A stretch of 63,965 nucleotides of DNA, the filler included, from Theionarchaea archaeon (lineage in GTDB: Archaea > Methanobacteriota_B > Thermococci > Methanofastidiosales > SZ-28-30): assembly GCA_018992565.1 (NCBI GenBank). It is 3 parts of 3 records of this genome, joined end to end, with 100 filler letters (N's around TTAATTAATTAA, not from the genome) between each part and the next. Parts side by side here need not be neighbours in the genome. Positions count along the whole stretch, not along the records: positions 43,055 to 63,965 come from JACVGW010000050.1; 2 more parts are not named here. One strand, given 5' to 3'. The stretch's first letter is position 1. The number at the start of each line of letters is the position of its first letter. The notes below the pieces were generated by a model. That model made no database searches, had not been told where the DNA came from, and was given only the letters and a program-made list of their open reading frames with translations. Shown here one piece after another: positions 43,055 through 52,798 of this stretch. Position numbers and translations under genes: made by a program.

Positions 43055-44559
43055 AAAAGCTCTTCAATGATGAGAGTGGCTCTTTCAACATTCATATCAA
43101 TAATCCCCAGATGCTTTTGTGTCATGTCATCGATGTCTTCAAGTCTCATCCTCAAAAAGTACGCTGAATTTCCAATGACTCCCAGAGGATTTCTCAATTC
43201 ATGGCCAACACTACTTGCAAGCTCTCCCAGGACTGCCAGTCTCTCTTTTCGAATCAGCTCTTCCTGGGCATCACGTAACTCCCTCGTCCTCTCTGCCACT
43301 TCCCTCTCAAGCTGTGCTGAGTATTCTTTCAATCGTTCTTCTGCTTTCTTGCGCTGTGTAATGTCTTCTACTGTCCCCTCATAGCATAGTATGACACCTG
43401 CCTCATCCTTGACAGCCTTTGCATTTTCCCGCAAAAAGACAGTGCTGCCATCCTTCCTGGTCCACGCTGATTCCAGCCCTGAAATCTGTTCATCTCGCTC
43501 CATTAGTTCCTTGAATGTACTGCGCGGATATCCAGGTTCGAACCCTTCTTCCTCAAGGTTTCGCATCGCCAATTCTTCAAATGTCGTATACCCCAGAAGG
43601 TTGACCAGCGCGGGGTTTGCCATGAGGATGCGCCCATCAGGAGTCGTTCGGTAAATTCCTATAGGTGCATTTTCAAAGAGATTCCTGTATTGCTTTTCGC
43701 TTCTTTGAAGGGCCTCCTCAATCTTTTTTTTCTCTCTCACGTCCCTCACAATGCTTTGGATGTAGGCAACGTTCCCCTTTTCATCTTTGATTGATGAAGC
43801 TGAGATTTCCACGGGAATTATAGTCCCATCCTTGGTCCTGAATTCTTTCTCGTAGATAGGTACATCTTCTCCTCGAAGCATTCTTTCCAATTTCTCTTCA
43901 GAATCCCGAACAGCTGAAGGAACCACTATGTCCCGAAATGAGAGCGTCTTGAATTCTTCTGCACTATAGCCCAGCAAGTCAACAGCCTTCTTGTTGGCCA
44001 CCAGATGCACCCCCTTTGTGTTGAGAATGAATGTGGCATCATGTGAACCTTCAAAGAGGATCTTGAACCATATCTCAGATTCAGACAGTCTCTCTTGAAA
44101 ACTTCTGGATTTCTCTGACATTTCGTCAAGTTTCTTCTTCAGGAAAAGACTATATTCCATCCAAAAGCCCTTTGCTGCCCTTCTAATCTTCTGGTTCTCA
44201 GAACCCTCCATGATACTCCTGATCTTCAGAACAATAACATCCGGGTCTTCGTCTCCCAGAATGAAGTCAGCTCCAGAATCAAGAGCAAGTCTTCTCTCCT
44301 CAGGACATGGGGATTCTGTCCAGAATATAAAATGAATTCCCCGCAGAGCTCTGTCACACTTGATCCTCCTGCAGACTTCCAGTCCATCCTTTCCCGGCAG
44401 AAATGTGTCTGAGATGATACCGTCGATATGTTCTCTCTGGACAATTCCAAGAGCTTCCCCCGGGTTCTTCACCGTCACCATCTCGTAGCCAGTTTCTTCA
44501 AGGACATCCGTTGCCCTATCGAGGATTTCTGATCCCTTTTTTATCACCAAGACTTTCAT
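43055..44559 (-). CDS. Sensor histidine kinase REC-PAS-PAS-HisKA, 3'-truncated at contig edge
   Basis: VGHELRNPL H-box; two PAS/PAC domains. Confidence 0.92.
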
Positions 44560-44852
44560 ACTCCTCCTCCGAGCGCAGAATCATGATTCTTTCAACTTCC
44601 CGTCCAGGAGGTAGTCCCGCGCGAAGAGAGAAATGCAAGTGGATTCCTGATTGGAGCCCTTTCAATCAAAAAGGCACCGAGCCTTATAAAGGTTTTCGAA
44701 TATCTCTACAATCTGCAGAAATTGACTGATTTGGCTCTTCTCCATGGTTTGACCTTTACAGATGTCTATGTCAGCAGGTACTACAATTATCACCTCCCCA
44801 CATAGAGCTTTTCCAGAAGAGATAGTAGTCGACTCAGGAATGAGTCCGCCCG

Positions 44853-45305
44853 TCAGGAGCCCAGTCCAATAGTTGCATATACCTTTTCATTTCCTGAGTC
44901 CGCAACGCTGACAACCACTATACCACCAGCTAATTCATCTCGCATGACTGTCAGTGAAAAGTGGAATCCTTTCGATCTTCGCAGGTCTGGAGAAGGCACA
45001 TCAGCTCTCATTGGCTGAGGGTCCCAGTCGGATCCAATTCCTTCCCATGTGAATCTCTGTAGACTGGCAGGACTCTCCTTGTGCCAGATCACAACAATCA
45101 CTTTCTTTACATCAGCTATGGTGTTGGAATCTTCCAGCAGGAACGACACAGTGAGAAAGGAACCACTGCAGATTCCTGTCAACCCTGAAAGTGTGGGAGC
45201 AGCATTCTGGACTCCCAGCGATACAGTGACTGGCTCTGCATAGACTGCAGACAGCAGGCTGAGCGTCATGATGACAGCCCCCGACCATGAACCAATTCCT
45301 GACAT
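44853..45305 (-). CDS. Putative secreted beta-sandwich protein
   Basis: Signal-like AVIMTLSLLSAVYA-EPV, NAAP linker, VSVADSGN; start uncertain. Confidence 0.55.
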   Translation of the reverse strand: MSGIGSWSGAVIMTLSLLSAVYAEPVTVSLGVQNAAPTLSGLTGICSGSFLTVSFLLEDSNTIADVKKVIVVIWHKESPASLQRFTWEGIGSDWDPQPMRADVPSPDLRRSKGFHFSLTVMRDELAGGIVVVSVADSGNEKVYATIGLGS

Positions 45306-45698
45306 GCTATCACGCAAGGGGAGGTAGGTGGCGTGTCGAGGATTATTTTTGCAGGTGATCAGATCAACAATATCATATTGAACAGACACACCACCGATAC
45401 CTATAGTCACCCCCATATCCAAAAGAATAAGGGGGGAAAATGGCCTGGACATGCGCGAATATGCATGCAGCAGGCCGGTGAGGGACGTTTATTCCACAAG
45501 GTCTGTGTCAGCAGAACTGCGAACTCCATACCTGATGCTTCGTGATGTGAAAACGCAAAGGATGACTTTGAGGAACCTCAACGCCGGAGGTTGATGATTG
45601 TCTGCACCAGGTATGCTGATCGGAAATATCCACTCGATCTCTGCAAGAAGTGACAAAAAAGGAAGAGTATTTAAGTATTAAGTCTCTATAACAATAGT

Positions 45699-47111
45699 AT
45701 GGAAAGGCTGCTAGTAGTTGATGATGATGAAGGGCAGCTGGAAGTCCTCAAAGATATTCTAGAAGCTTGTAAGTATGAAGTGTTCACAGCCAGAAGCAGG
45801 GAAGAGGCACTCGCTGACCTTAAGGACCATACCTTTGATCTGGCCTTGGTTGACCTGAAACTCCAGGATGGCTCAGGATTCGACATCATTGAATATGTCG
45901 TAAATAATGGACCGCAGACTGTGGTTCTGGTGTTAACGGGTCATGCTTCTCTTGATTCTTCCATCAGAGCTCTAAGAATGGGTGCCTATGACTTCCTGCA
46001 AAAACCCATTAACACCGAAATCCTTCTTAAGGCTGTTGAAAGAGGTCTTGAGAAGAAACAACTCAAAGATCTTGCTGAATCTGTAATTAAGAAGATGGAG
46101 GAAGGGCTTGCAGTCTTGAATTATGAAGGAATGATAAATTTCACCAATGAGCAGTTCTATACCATGTTGAGGTATTCATACAGAGACCTGGTGGGAAAGT
46201 GCTTTCTTTCATTAGTAGCTCCGGAAGATGAGGGTTCTACCCGTGCCTACATGGTGTTGGCCAAGCAGGAAAAGCCACAGAAATTTCAAGCCATGCTTAT
46301 CTGTGAGGATGGCACCGAACTTGTGGGTATTATCAGTTTCACTGTAATAGGAGATAGAATGCTCTGTGTGGTCAGTGATATCACCCAGGTTGTTGCTCCG
46401 GAAATCACTAGAGAAAACCTCACCTTCGAGATCGAACCAGGGATAGTCTACTTGGTAGAAGAGGAGACTCCAGAAAGTGCCATGACCAGTTTCGTTGAGC
46501 TGGTGGATGCAGGACTGAAAGGAACTATGATAACGAGGGAATACCCTGACAAGATCAGAAAGAGATGGGGTGATAATTTTCAGGTTGTACGCCTCACCGA
46601 AGACGTAACAGGAGAAATAACCCTGTTCCCCAACGTGACGTTTTTCGCCAAAAGGATAGAGTCGTACCTCTCACAGTCAAGAGTAATTCTTATCGACAGG
46701 CTGGACTACGTGATTTCTAATAGCACATTCGACCTCGTGTTGAAATCCCTGCAGAAAGTCAGGGATATGGCTTTTGCGAGAAAAAGCATCGTCATCCTAT
46801 CTATTGATCCCAGGACACTCACTGAGAAGGAACTCTCACTGCTGGAGAAAGAAACTAATCCTCTGGAGGCTGTAGCAAGAACAGAACTCCGTGAGGACCT
46901 CATGCAACTCCTCGGGTATGTTTCCAAACGCAACGAGGTGGGAACCACACCTCATCACCGGGACATCCAGAAGAAGTTCAATATATCCAGGTCTACAGTG
47001 AGGGAACGACTGAACCTCCTGTCCAGCAAGGGACTGATCGTGGAGAAGAGAGATGGCAGGAGGAAGGTGATTCAAATCACTGAAAGAGGAAGGAAACTGA
47101 CTCATACGTGA
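45699..47111 (+). CDS. Response regulator: REC-PAS-DUF835-winged HTH
   Basis: LVVDDD, LVDLKL, LQKP; PAS; ITREYP..ILIDRLDYVI..SIDP (DUF835); C-terminal ISRSTVRERL..GRRKVIQITERG. Confidence 0.88.
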   Translation: MERLLVVDDDEGQLEVLKDILEACKYEVFTARSREEALADLKDHTFDLALVDLKLQDGSGFDIIEYVVNNGPQTVVLVLTGHASLDSSIRALRMGAYDFLQKPINTEILLKAVERGLEKKQLKDLAESVIKKMEEGLAVLNYEGMINFTNEQFYTMLRYSYRDLVGKCFLSLVAPEDEGSTRAYMVLAKQEKPQKFQAMLICEDGTELVGIISFTVIGDRMLCVVSDITQVVAPEITRENLTFEIEPGIVYLVEEETPESAMTSFVELVDAGLKGTMITREYPDKIRKRWGDNFQVVRLTEDVTGEITLFPNVTFFAKRIESYLSQSRVILIDRLDYVISNSTFDLVLKSLQKVRDMAFARKSIVILSIDPRTLTEKELSLLEKETNPLEAVARTELREDLMQLLGYVSKRNEVGTTPHHRDIQKKFNISRSTVRERLNLLSSKGLIVEKRDGRRKVIQITERGRKLTHT

Positions 47112-47324
47112 CTGAGCATGGCTCTCTTCACGTAACTTAGAGGAGAGAAAGAATGGATTCTTGCGAAGAAAGAGTCATATGAGGCAGAACTGCCTTCATA
47201 GACTTTCACGCATGTTTATCATGATCAAGGCTGCTTCAAACTAACATCAAAGAAAAAAGAGAATGAAGGATTTCTCCCATAGACAGCACGTACCAGAACG
47301 AGCTGGAATATGTCAGTCTCCCAT

Positions 47325-47714
47325 CTAGGATCCTTCATTCAAAACACTGATATAGGCTGTAGCTCCAGAACTCTTGTGGATTGTTGAGGTCGTGTAGGCA
47401 AAGAACACAGTATCGTCAGTGACTGTGGTTGTGTATGTCAGAGTGAACTCTTTCTGTCTCAAAGCTTCGTCTTCGTTCCATGTCCATACTTTCACCAGGT
47501 TAAAGTCCTGGTACAGCCAGATACAGGTAAGATGGTTGTCCTTGCTGTTTTCATAGTATCCTGTGACTTCAACTGTTACTTCACTTCCTGCGTTCAGGGA
47601 ATCAGGGGCACGTATTTGCAGTTTGGGGATAGAAGTATTGGGGAGTTCGTCAGCATACAGGGGCGCCATTGAGAAAGCAAGCGCAGCTGCAAGCACAATA
47701 GCCATTTTTTTCAT
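47325..47714 (-). CDS. Small secreted Ig-like protein, weakly desulfoferrodoxin/SoxZ-like
   Basis: MKKMAIVLAAALAFSMAPLYA signal; NHLTCIWLY..TIH; AGGTGA SD. Confidence 0.65.
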   Translation of the reverse strand: MKKMAIVLAAALAFSMAPLYADELPNTSIPKLQIRAPDSLNAGSEVTVEVTGYYENSKDNHLTCIWLYQDFNLVKVWTWNEDEALRQKEFTLTYTTTVTDDTVFFAYTTSTIHKSSGATAYISVLNEGS

Positions 47715-47839
47715 TGTCCTCACCTTTTTGAACTTTTTCTATACAACTATAACCACCATGATAAAGATATGGAGGATTTATGGAGTGAATATGGTTTGAT
47801 TGTAACAGAAGAGGTCATGCACCTCAGAAAAAGGACTCA

Positions 47840-50251
47840 CTAAACAGGGAGCAATATGGTGAAGGTAGTGCCCTTTCCGACTTTGCTCCGAACGTGCAGT
47901 GAACCTCCATGTCCTTCTATGATATTCTTCACTATGACCAGCCCGAGCCCAATGCCCTTGGGCTTGGTGGTAAAAAGAGGTTCAAAAATCTTGTCGAGGT
48001 CTTCCTCAGGTATCCCCCTGCCTGTGTCCTGGATTGAAATCCGGATTCCCTCCTTCTCCCGAGCAGTATGAATCTTCAGTGTTCCTCTGCCAGGCATAGA
48101 CTGAATCGCATTCAGCACGAGGTTCAGGATGGCTCGCTGCATCTGATCAACGTCCACTGAAACTGCTGGGAGTGTTTCATCTAGGACAGTCTCAACGGCA
48201 ATGGTTTCTGGTATTTCGAGACCGGACAGTACTGTGACTATATCCTCGTTAAGGTCTGTCTTGGTAAGAAGAGGTGTCCCCGTTCTGGAAAATCCAAGAA
48301 GTCCTGAAATAATGTTGTTCGTTTTCAAAATATTTTCCTCAATAATGTCCAGGTGTTTTCTTGTCATTCCATCTGCAGGATCAAGCTTCATCTTGAGAAA
48401 GTAAGCAGAATTACCAATCACTGATAGAGGATTTCGCAGTTCATGTCCAACGCTGCCTGCAAGCTGCCCCATGACTGCCAGCTTTTCCTTTCTGACAAGC
48501 TCTTCTTGCGCCTCTCTTAACTCCCTCGTCCGTTCCTCTACCTCTTTTTCGAGCTGTGTATAGTAAGTTTTCACTCTCTCTTCTGACCTCTTCCGCTCAA
48601 GAAAAGAGGCAACCCGATTGGCAACTGAACGGACTACAAGATCCTCCTCTTCAAGGAAGGGGGTTCCGTTGCAGAGAGGTTCTTCCTTCACATACCGCAC
48701 TTCCACCCATCCTTCCTGTTTGCCATTGATGACCATCGGTTTCTTGAGCACCCACTTGGCTTCCCTAAAACCTGGCGTTTCATACGTGAGATCTTCCAGC
48801 ACGATTCGAACAACTGCTGCGCTTGGGTATCGAAATGCCTTTGGCATGATCCTCACAACCCTTTCAAGCAGTTCTTCAATTGATGTGTCCTTCTCTCTGG
48901 TCATCTCACCAATTGTGTAGAGACATCTCAGTTCCTTTATGCGTTCTCTCAATCCATGCAGAAGTTTTCTTCTGGTTAATTCGGTCTGCTTACGATGGGT
49001 TATATCCTCAAAGACTCCCATAATGCACAGGATATTATCATTTTCATCTTCAATTACACGGGTCGAGAATTGAGCTTCAAATTCTGACCCGTCTTTTCGC
49101 TTGCCTTTTAATTCCCCCACATACATCCCTTTGTTGATGGTCTCCTCCATTGCCTTCTGGGCCTGTCGCTTATTCTTCCAGAAATCAAGAACAGCCTTCC
49201 CAATGACTCCTTCTGTTTTTTCAAATCCCCACATGGTGATAAAAGATGGATTAGCATAGGTGATGACTCCTTTGGCATCAGCCAATACAATCCCATTCAT
49301 TGAGGATTCAATTGTCTTTTCCTTGATTGTAAGCTCCCGTTCAATTTCCTTTCGCATGAGTGTTTCTGTGAGGATAGCTGCAAATGATTCAACTGCCTCT
49401 TGATCCCACAGATCATAGCCATCTTCCTTGTCGGCCAGGACAATCATTCCGTAGACCTCTTCTTCTCCAGTCAGAGGAACAGCCAGGAGCGATGTCACAG
49501 GGGGGTGTCCTTGAGGCATCTCCAGATGAAAGTGAAGTACAAACTGGTTGATTATCAGGGGGGTTTTCTCTGTGAGAATTCTTTCCCATATTCCCAGTGA
49601 CTTCAACCTCTCTTCCATGACATCACGTAGGGGGTGGGGAGTCTCAGCCACTTTCCATTCCTCCCCGCTTGTGGCAACAACAAAGAATCTCCCGTCATCC
49701 AATTTGGCAACAAATCCAGACCTGCTGCCTGTCAATTCCTTGGCAGCAGCGAGGGCCGATTGAGCCACATCTTCATCAGTCTTGCTTGTAAAAGTCTCTA
49801 TGAATAGCCTGTTAACTGCTCTCAGAAGTGCATGTTCCCTCTCTTTCTTCACGTCTTCTCCCCGTCTGTGGATGATGTCGTACATTCTTCCTCTTATCTG
49901 CACTGGGTTGCCATCCTGATCTTTTTCCCATGTGATATGATCTTCAACCCAGCGCACTGCTCTATCTCGTGTCAAGATCCGGTATATGAAACACGTATCT
50001 TTGATCCTGGTTCTGGCTTCCTCAAATTCCTTGAGAACTCGTATTCTGTCATCAGGGTGGACTATTCTCTCCCACAGCTTTTCCTCCTCACGCCATTCTT
50101 CGGGTGTGAACCCGAACATCTTCTCTACTGCAGAACTCACAGAAAGAGGGTGCCCTGTCAAGGGGTGTGCATAGTAGGAAAACTCGCAGGATTCTCCTGT
50201 CGCACTTCCTGCAGCGCGACCGTCAGGTGATTTCCCATTATGTCGATCCAT
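47840..50251 (-). CDS. Sensor histidine kinase PAS-GAF-PAS-(GAF-like)-HisKA-HATPase
   Basis: VHPDDR, SLLAVPL..GMIVLAD, LRERIKEL.CLY, GHELRNPL, FEPLFTTK.KGIGLGL. Confidence 0.95.
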   Translation of the reverse strand: MDRHNGKSPDGRAAGSATGESCEFSYYAHPLTGHPLSVSSAVEKMFGFTPEEWREEEKLWERIVHPDDRIRVLKEFEEARTRIKDTCFIYRILTRDRAVRWVEDHITWEKDQDGNPVQIRGRMYDIIHRRGEDVKKEREHALLRAVNRLFIETFTSKTDEDVAQSALAAAKELTGSRSGFVAKLDDGRFFVVATSGEEWKVAETPHPLRDVMEERLKSLGIWERILTEKTPLIINQFVLHFHLEMPQGHPPVTSLLAVPLTGEEEVYGMIVLADKEDGYDLWDQEAVESFAAILTETLMRKEIERELTIKEKTIESSMNGIVLADAKGVITYANPSFITMWGFEKTEGVIGKAVLDFWKNKRQAQKAMEETINKGMYVGELKGKRKDGSEFEAQFSTRVIEDENDNILCIMGVFEDITHRKQTELTRRKLLHGLRERIKELRCLYTIGEMTREKDTSIEELLERVVRIMPKAFRYPSAAVVRIVLEDLTYETPGFREAKWVLKKPMVINGKQEGWVEVRYVKEEPLCNGTPFLEEEDLVVRSVANRVASFLERKRSEERVKTYYTQLEKEVEERTRELREAQEELVRKEKLAVMGQLAGSVGHELRNPLSVIGNSAYFLKMKLDPADGMTRKHLDIIEENILKTNNIISGLLGFSRTGTPLLTKTDLNEDIVTVLSGLEIPETIAVETVLDETLPAVSVDVDQMQRAILNLVLNAIQSMPGRGTLKIHTAREKEGIRISIQDTGRGIPEEDLDKIFEPLFTTKPKGIGLGLVIVKNIIEGHGGSLHVRSKVGKGTTFTILLPV

Positions 50252-50567
50252 TGCAGTACCTCGCTAGCCACGAAGTAGCGCCGAGTCTCATCAACAAATG
50301 ATGCACCTTTCCTACAGTAACCCGCAATTCAGAATGAGTAAGCTCGCTTCCACGTCCAAAAGACAACTCAATCCAGCTGCGCCTCAACTTATTACATGTT
50401 CCCATCTCTTTTCCTCCACTAATTAATGTACAAACCTGCTTTAAAAGTTTTCCCTCGTATTCCCCCTCAGATGAAATCAAAATACTAAACCATCTCACCG
50501 TTAACACAAAGCTCAGACACACGACAGCAGAATATTCAGACAGCACCCGAGAGGAGCCCACACGCTA

Positions 50568-51398
50568 TCAAGGAAACTCGTAGGGGATAACTAGTGTAGC
50601 AGCTTCTGCATCAATTGATCCTAATTCGCTGCCAGCAGGGTAGCGAAGTGATGTAGTCTCGCAAATCAGGTACTTTGTACCCTGGAATTCAATGACTACA
50701 TCCCTGTCTGTGCCAAATCCGTCAAAATCAATATCTGATATGCCAATTGCGGCATGACGCTCGTTCCCGAAAATGAGAATTGCACAGTTGATATCTGCTG
50801 CCTTCAAAAGCGCACCGCAGGCTATGACGAGATCTATGCATACACCTCCTCGCATGAGAGTGACAGTAGGATGCTTTACCACATAACTGTCATTCTGATC
50901 GTATCCCACATTCTGGATGAGTGCGAGAATGGCTAAAGCTCTCTCAGTCTTGTCGGGATATCGCTCCTTGAACTGATTCGCCAAAAACTGGATGTCAGGA
51001 GTCAGTGGACGTATATAACTCTTGTCAACTTTCGAAACTGAATTTCTCAAGGTATTGTACTCTGCCTCCGTATACTCTTTGAGTGACAGGAAGTAGAAGA
51101 ATGGTTCTCCACCAACGTAGAAGACGCGACCCACCACAGCCTCCTCCGAAGATAACCGGTCAAACCCGTTATATTGAGAGAGAGATTTAAGCTCGTCGAG
51201 GTTGACCTGGTATAGTGCATAGAGCGAGTTGAGCTGATTGATGTTCTGGCTCATCTGGCCATTTGCTTCTTGAAGTGGACTTGTGTCTACCTGTACGTGG
51301 ACTGGGACCTCTCTGGTCAGTTGCACAAGGATGGTACACATCACCATCACCAGCACGACGAAGACTTCAAGGTGGAAAACCCATTGATTTCTATTCAT
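50568..51398 (-). CDS. Membrane-anchored transglutaminase-like cysteine protease domain protein
   Basis: N-terminal TM and coiled coil; GVCID, HAAIGI, ICETT (Cys-His-Glu). GGTGA before ATG 51398. Confidence 0.75.
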   Translation of the reverse strand: MNRNQWVFHLEVFVVLVMVMCTILVQLTREVPVHVQVDTSPLQEANGQMSQNINQLNSLYALYQVNLDELKSLSQYNGFDRLSSEEAVVGRVFYVGGEPFFYFLSLKEYTEAEYNTLRNSVSKVDKSYIRPLTPDIQFLANQFKERYPDKTERALAILALIQNVGYDQNDSYVVKHPTVTLMRGGVCIDLVIACGALLKAADINCAILIFGNERHAAIGISDIDFDGFGTDRDVVIEFQGTKYLICETTSLRYPAGSELGSIDAEAATLVIPYEFP

Positions 51399-51504
51399 TC
51401 CTGTCACCTTCTCTTGATACTCCTGCACTACCTTAACCATATGCAAGAATACAGGCGGGAAAAGGGATGAAAAAGAGTGTAAAAGTGGGGAGTACAATAC
51501 CCCC

Positions 51505-52059
51505 TCAAAGGATAGTGAATCCTTCCTCCAAGTAATTGTACTCCCTGAAAGTAAGTGTACCCTGGTGAAGAGGCATTATGAGTCGTGATCCGCACGCAAT
51601 CACGAGGTTTTGTAACTCATACAAGAATTCAAGTACCAGGTTGAAGCCTCTCTCTGTAATGAGATACTCCAGCCCGTCCAGCAGTATGATGCATCCCCCG
51701 TCCTGGCTGCAGTAGTTTTCTACCATTTCTGTGAGTTCTGTGAGGTCTTCTGGACTGATAGAATACTCCATCTCCATTCGAGAGAGCCAGTACATGGGTA
51801 TGCGCGACATCTCATGGTTCCTGATTACTTTTTCAGGATGTTCTCTGGAGATGATAATCCCTTCGATACCCAGCTCCATTGTATCTTTGAGCAAGCTGTA
51901 ACAACGACTCGGCCTCTTCTCTCTTATAATGTACACCCCTGGAGAGTCCAGAACGCCCACTATCTCTCCAGATGGTGGAGATCCATCTTTTCCATTGCAC
52001 GAATCGGATAGAATGGTTATCTCAAGTTGATTCAAGATTTCTAAGTTGTTTATTGACAT
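51505..52059 (-). CDS. DUF835-domain protein
   Basis: ISREHP, YWLS, ILLDGLEYLI..GF..VLEFL. Confidence 0.88.
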   Translation of the reverse strand: MSINNLEILNQLEITILSDSCNGKDGSPPSGEIVGVLDSPGVYIIREKRPSRCYSLLKDTMELGIEGIIISREHPEKVIRNHEMSRIPMYWLSRMEMEYSISPEDLTELTEMVENYCSQDGGCIILLDGLEYLITERGFNLVLEFLYELQNLVIACGSRLIMPLHQGTLTFREYNYLEEGFTIL

Positions 52060-52423
52060 CGTATCTCCTTGATTTTTCCGAACACTGACATGAAGTCAAT
52101 GTGGTCTATGTCACTGTGACTACCAGCAATCATAAAAGTATACAGGAGAAAATGTGTAGGAACATGCTGGGATATGCCTGAGTCCAGGAGTAATCCAGTA
52201 TGAGAACGCGAGGCAAGAAGTACTGTAGATACTGAAGTCCTATCTCGCGGTGACGACATCAAGAGCGTGCTCACTCAACCTCACTCTCCAGGGTGTATTC
52301 CTGGAGAGAATTTGCTGAATGAGTGCAGAGAAATGCTGGCATATATTCCACTTCTAGCAGACTATCGTTCTGTGAGGCTAGAGGGCCAGGCGACACATGA
52401 ACGAAAACACGTCATTTCCCGTC

Positions 52424-52798
52424 TTACTCGAAGGCTGCTTCCAGGTTCTCCATGAGGGTCAGGATTTTCTTAATGTCCAGCGGCTTGTACAAGACTTCTC
52501 GAGCCCCTTCTTTCAATGCATTCTGCTCCAGATTTTCCACAGGGAACGCAGTTATCATGAAAAGGTGTATTGAGGAATCGGCCTGTCTGATACGCCGGAC
52601 AGTTTCCAGTCCATCGATTCCGGGCATCTTGAAATCAATAAGAGCGGCATTACACGAGTGATGCTCAGCCTTTTCAAGAGCAGTACATCCATTTCCTGCA
52701 GTTTCGACATGATAGCCCACATGTTCCAGGATATCCTTCAATGTTTCTACCATTCCCTCATCATCGTCAACAATGAGGATACTGAGTCTATTCTTCAT
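52424..52798 (-). CDS. Single-domain response regulator
   Basis: ILIVDDD, LIDFKMPGIDG, ITA, YKP; overlaps the kinase stop. Confidence 0.95.
   Translation of the reverse strand: MKNRLSILIVDDDEGMVETLKDILEHVGYHVETAGNGCTALEKAEHHSCNAALIDFKMPGIDGLETVRRIRQADSSIHLFMITAFPVENLEQNALKEGAREVLYKPLDIKKILTLMENLEAAFE

Noticed and set aside
41992..44559. trpS and the adjacent kinase as pseudogenes
   Set aside because: Both are cut only by the contig boundary; no internal stops or frameshifts were seen.
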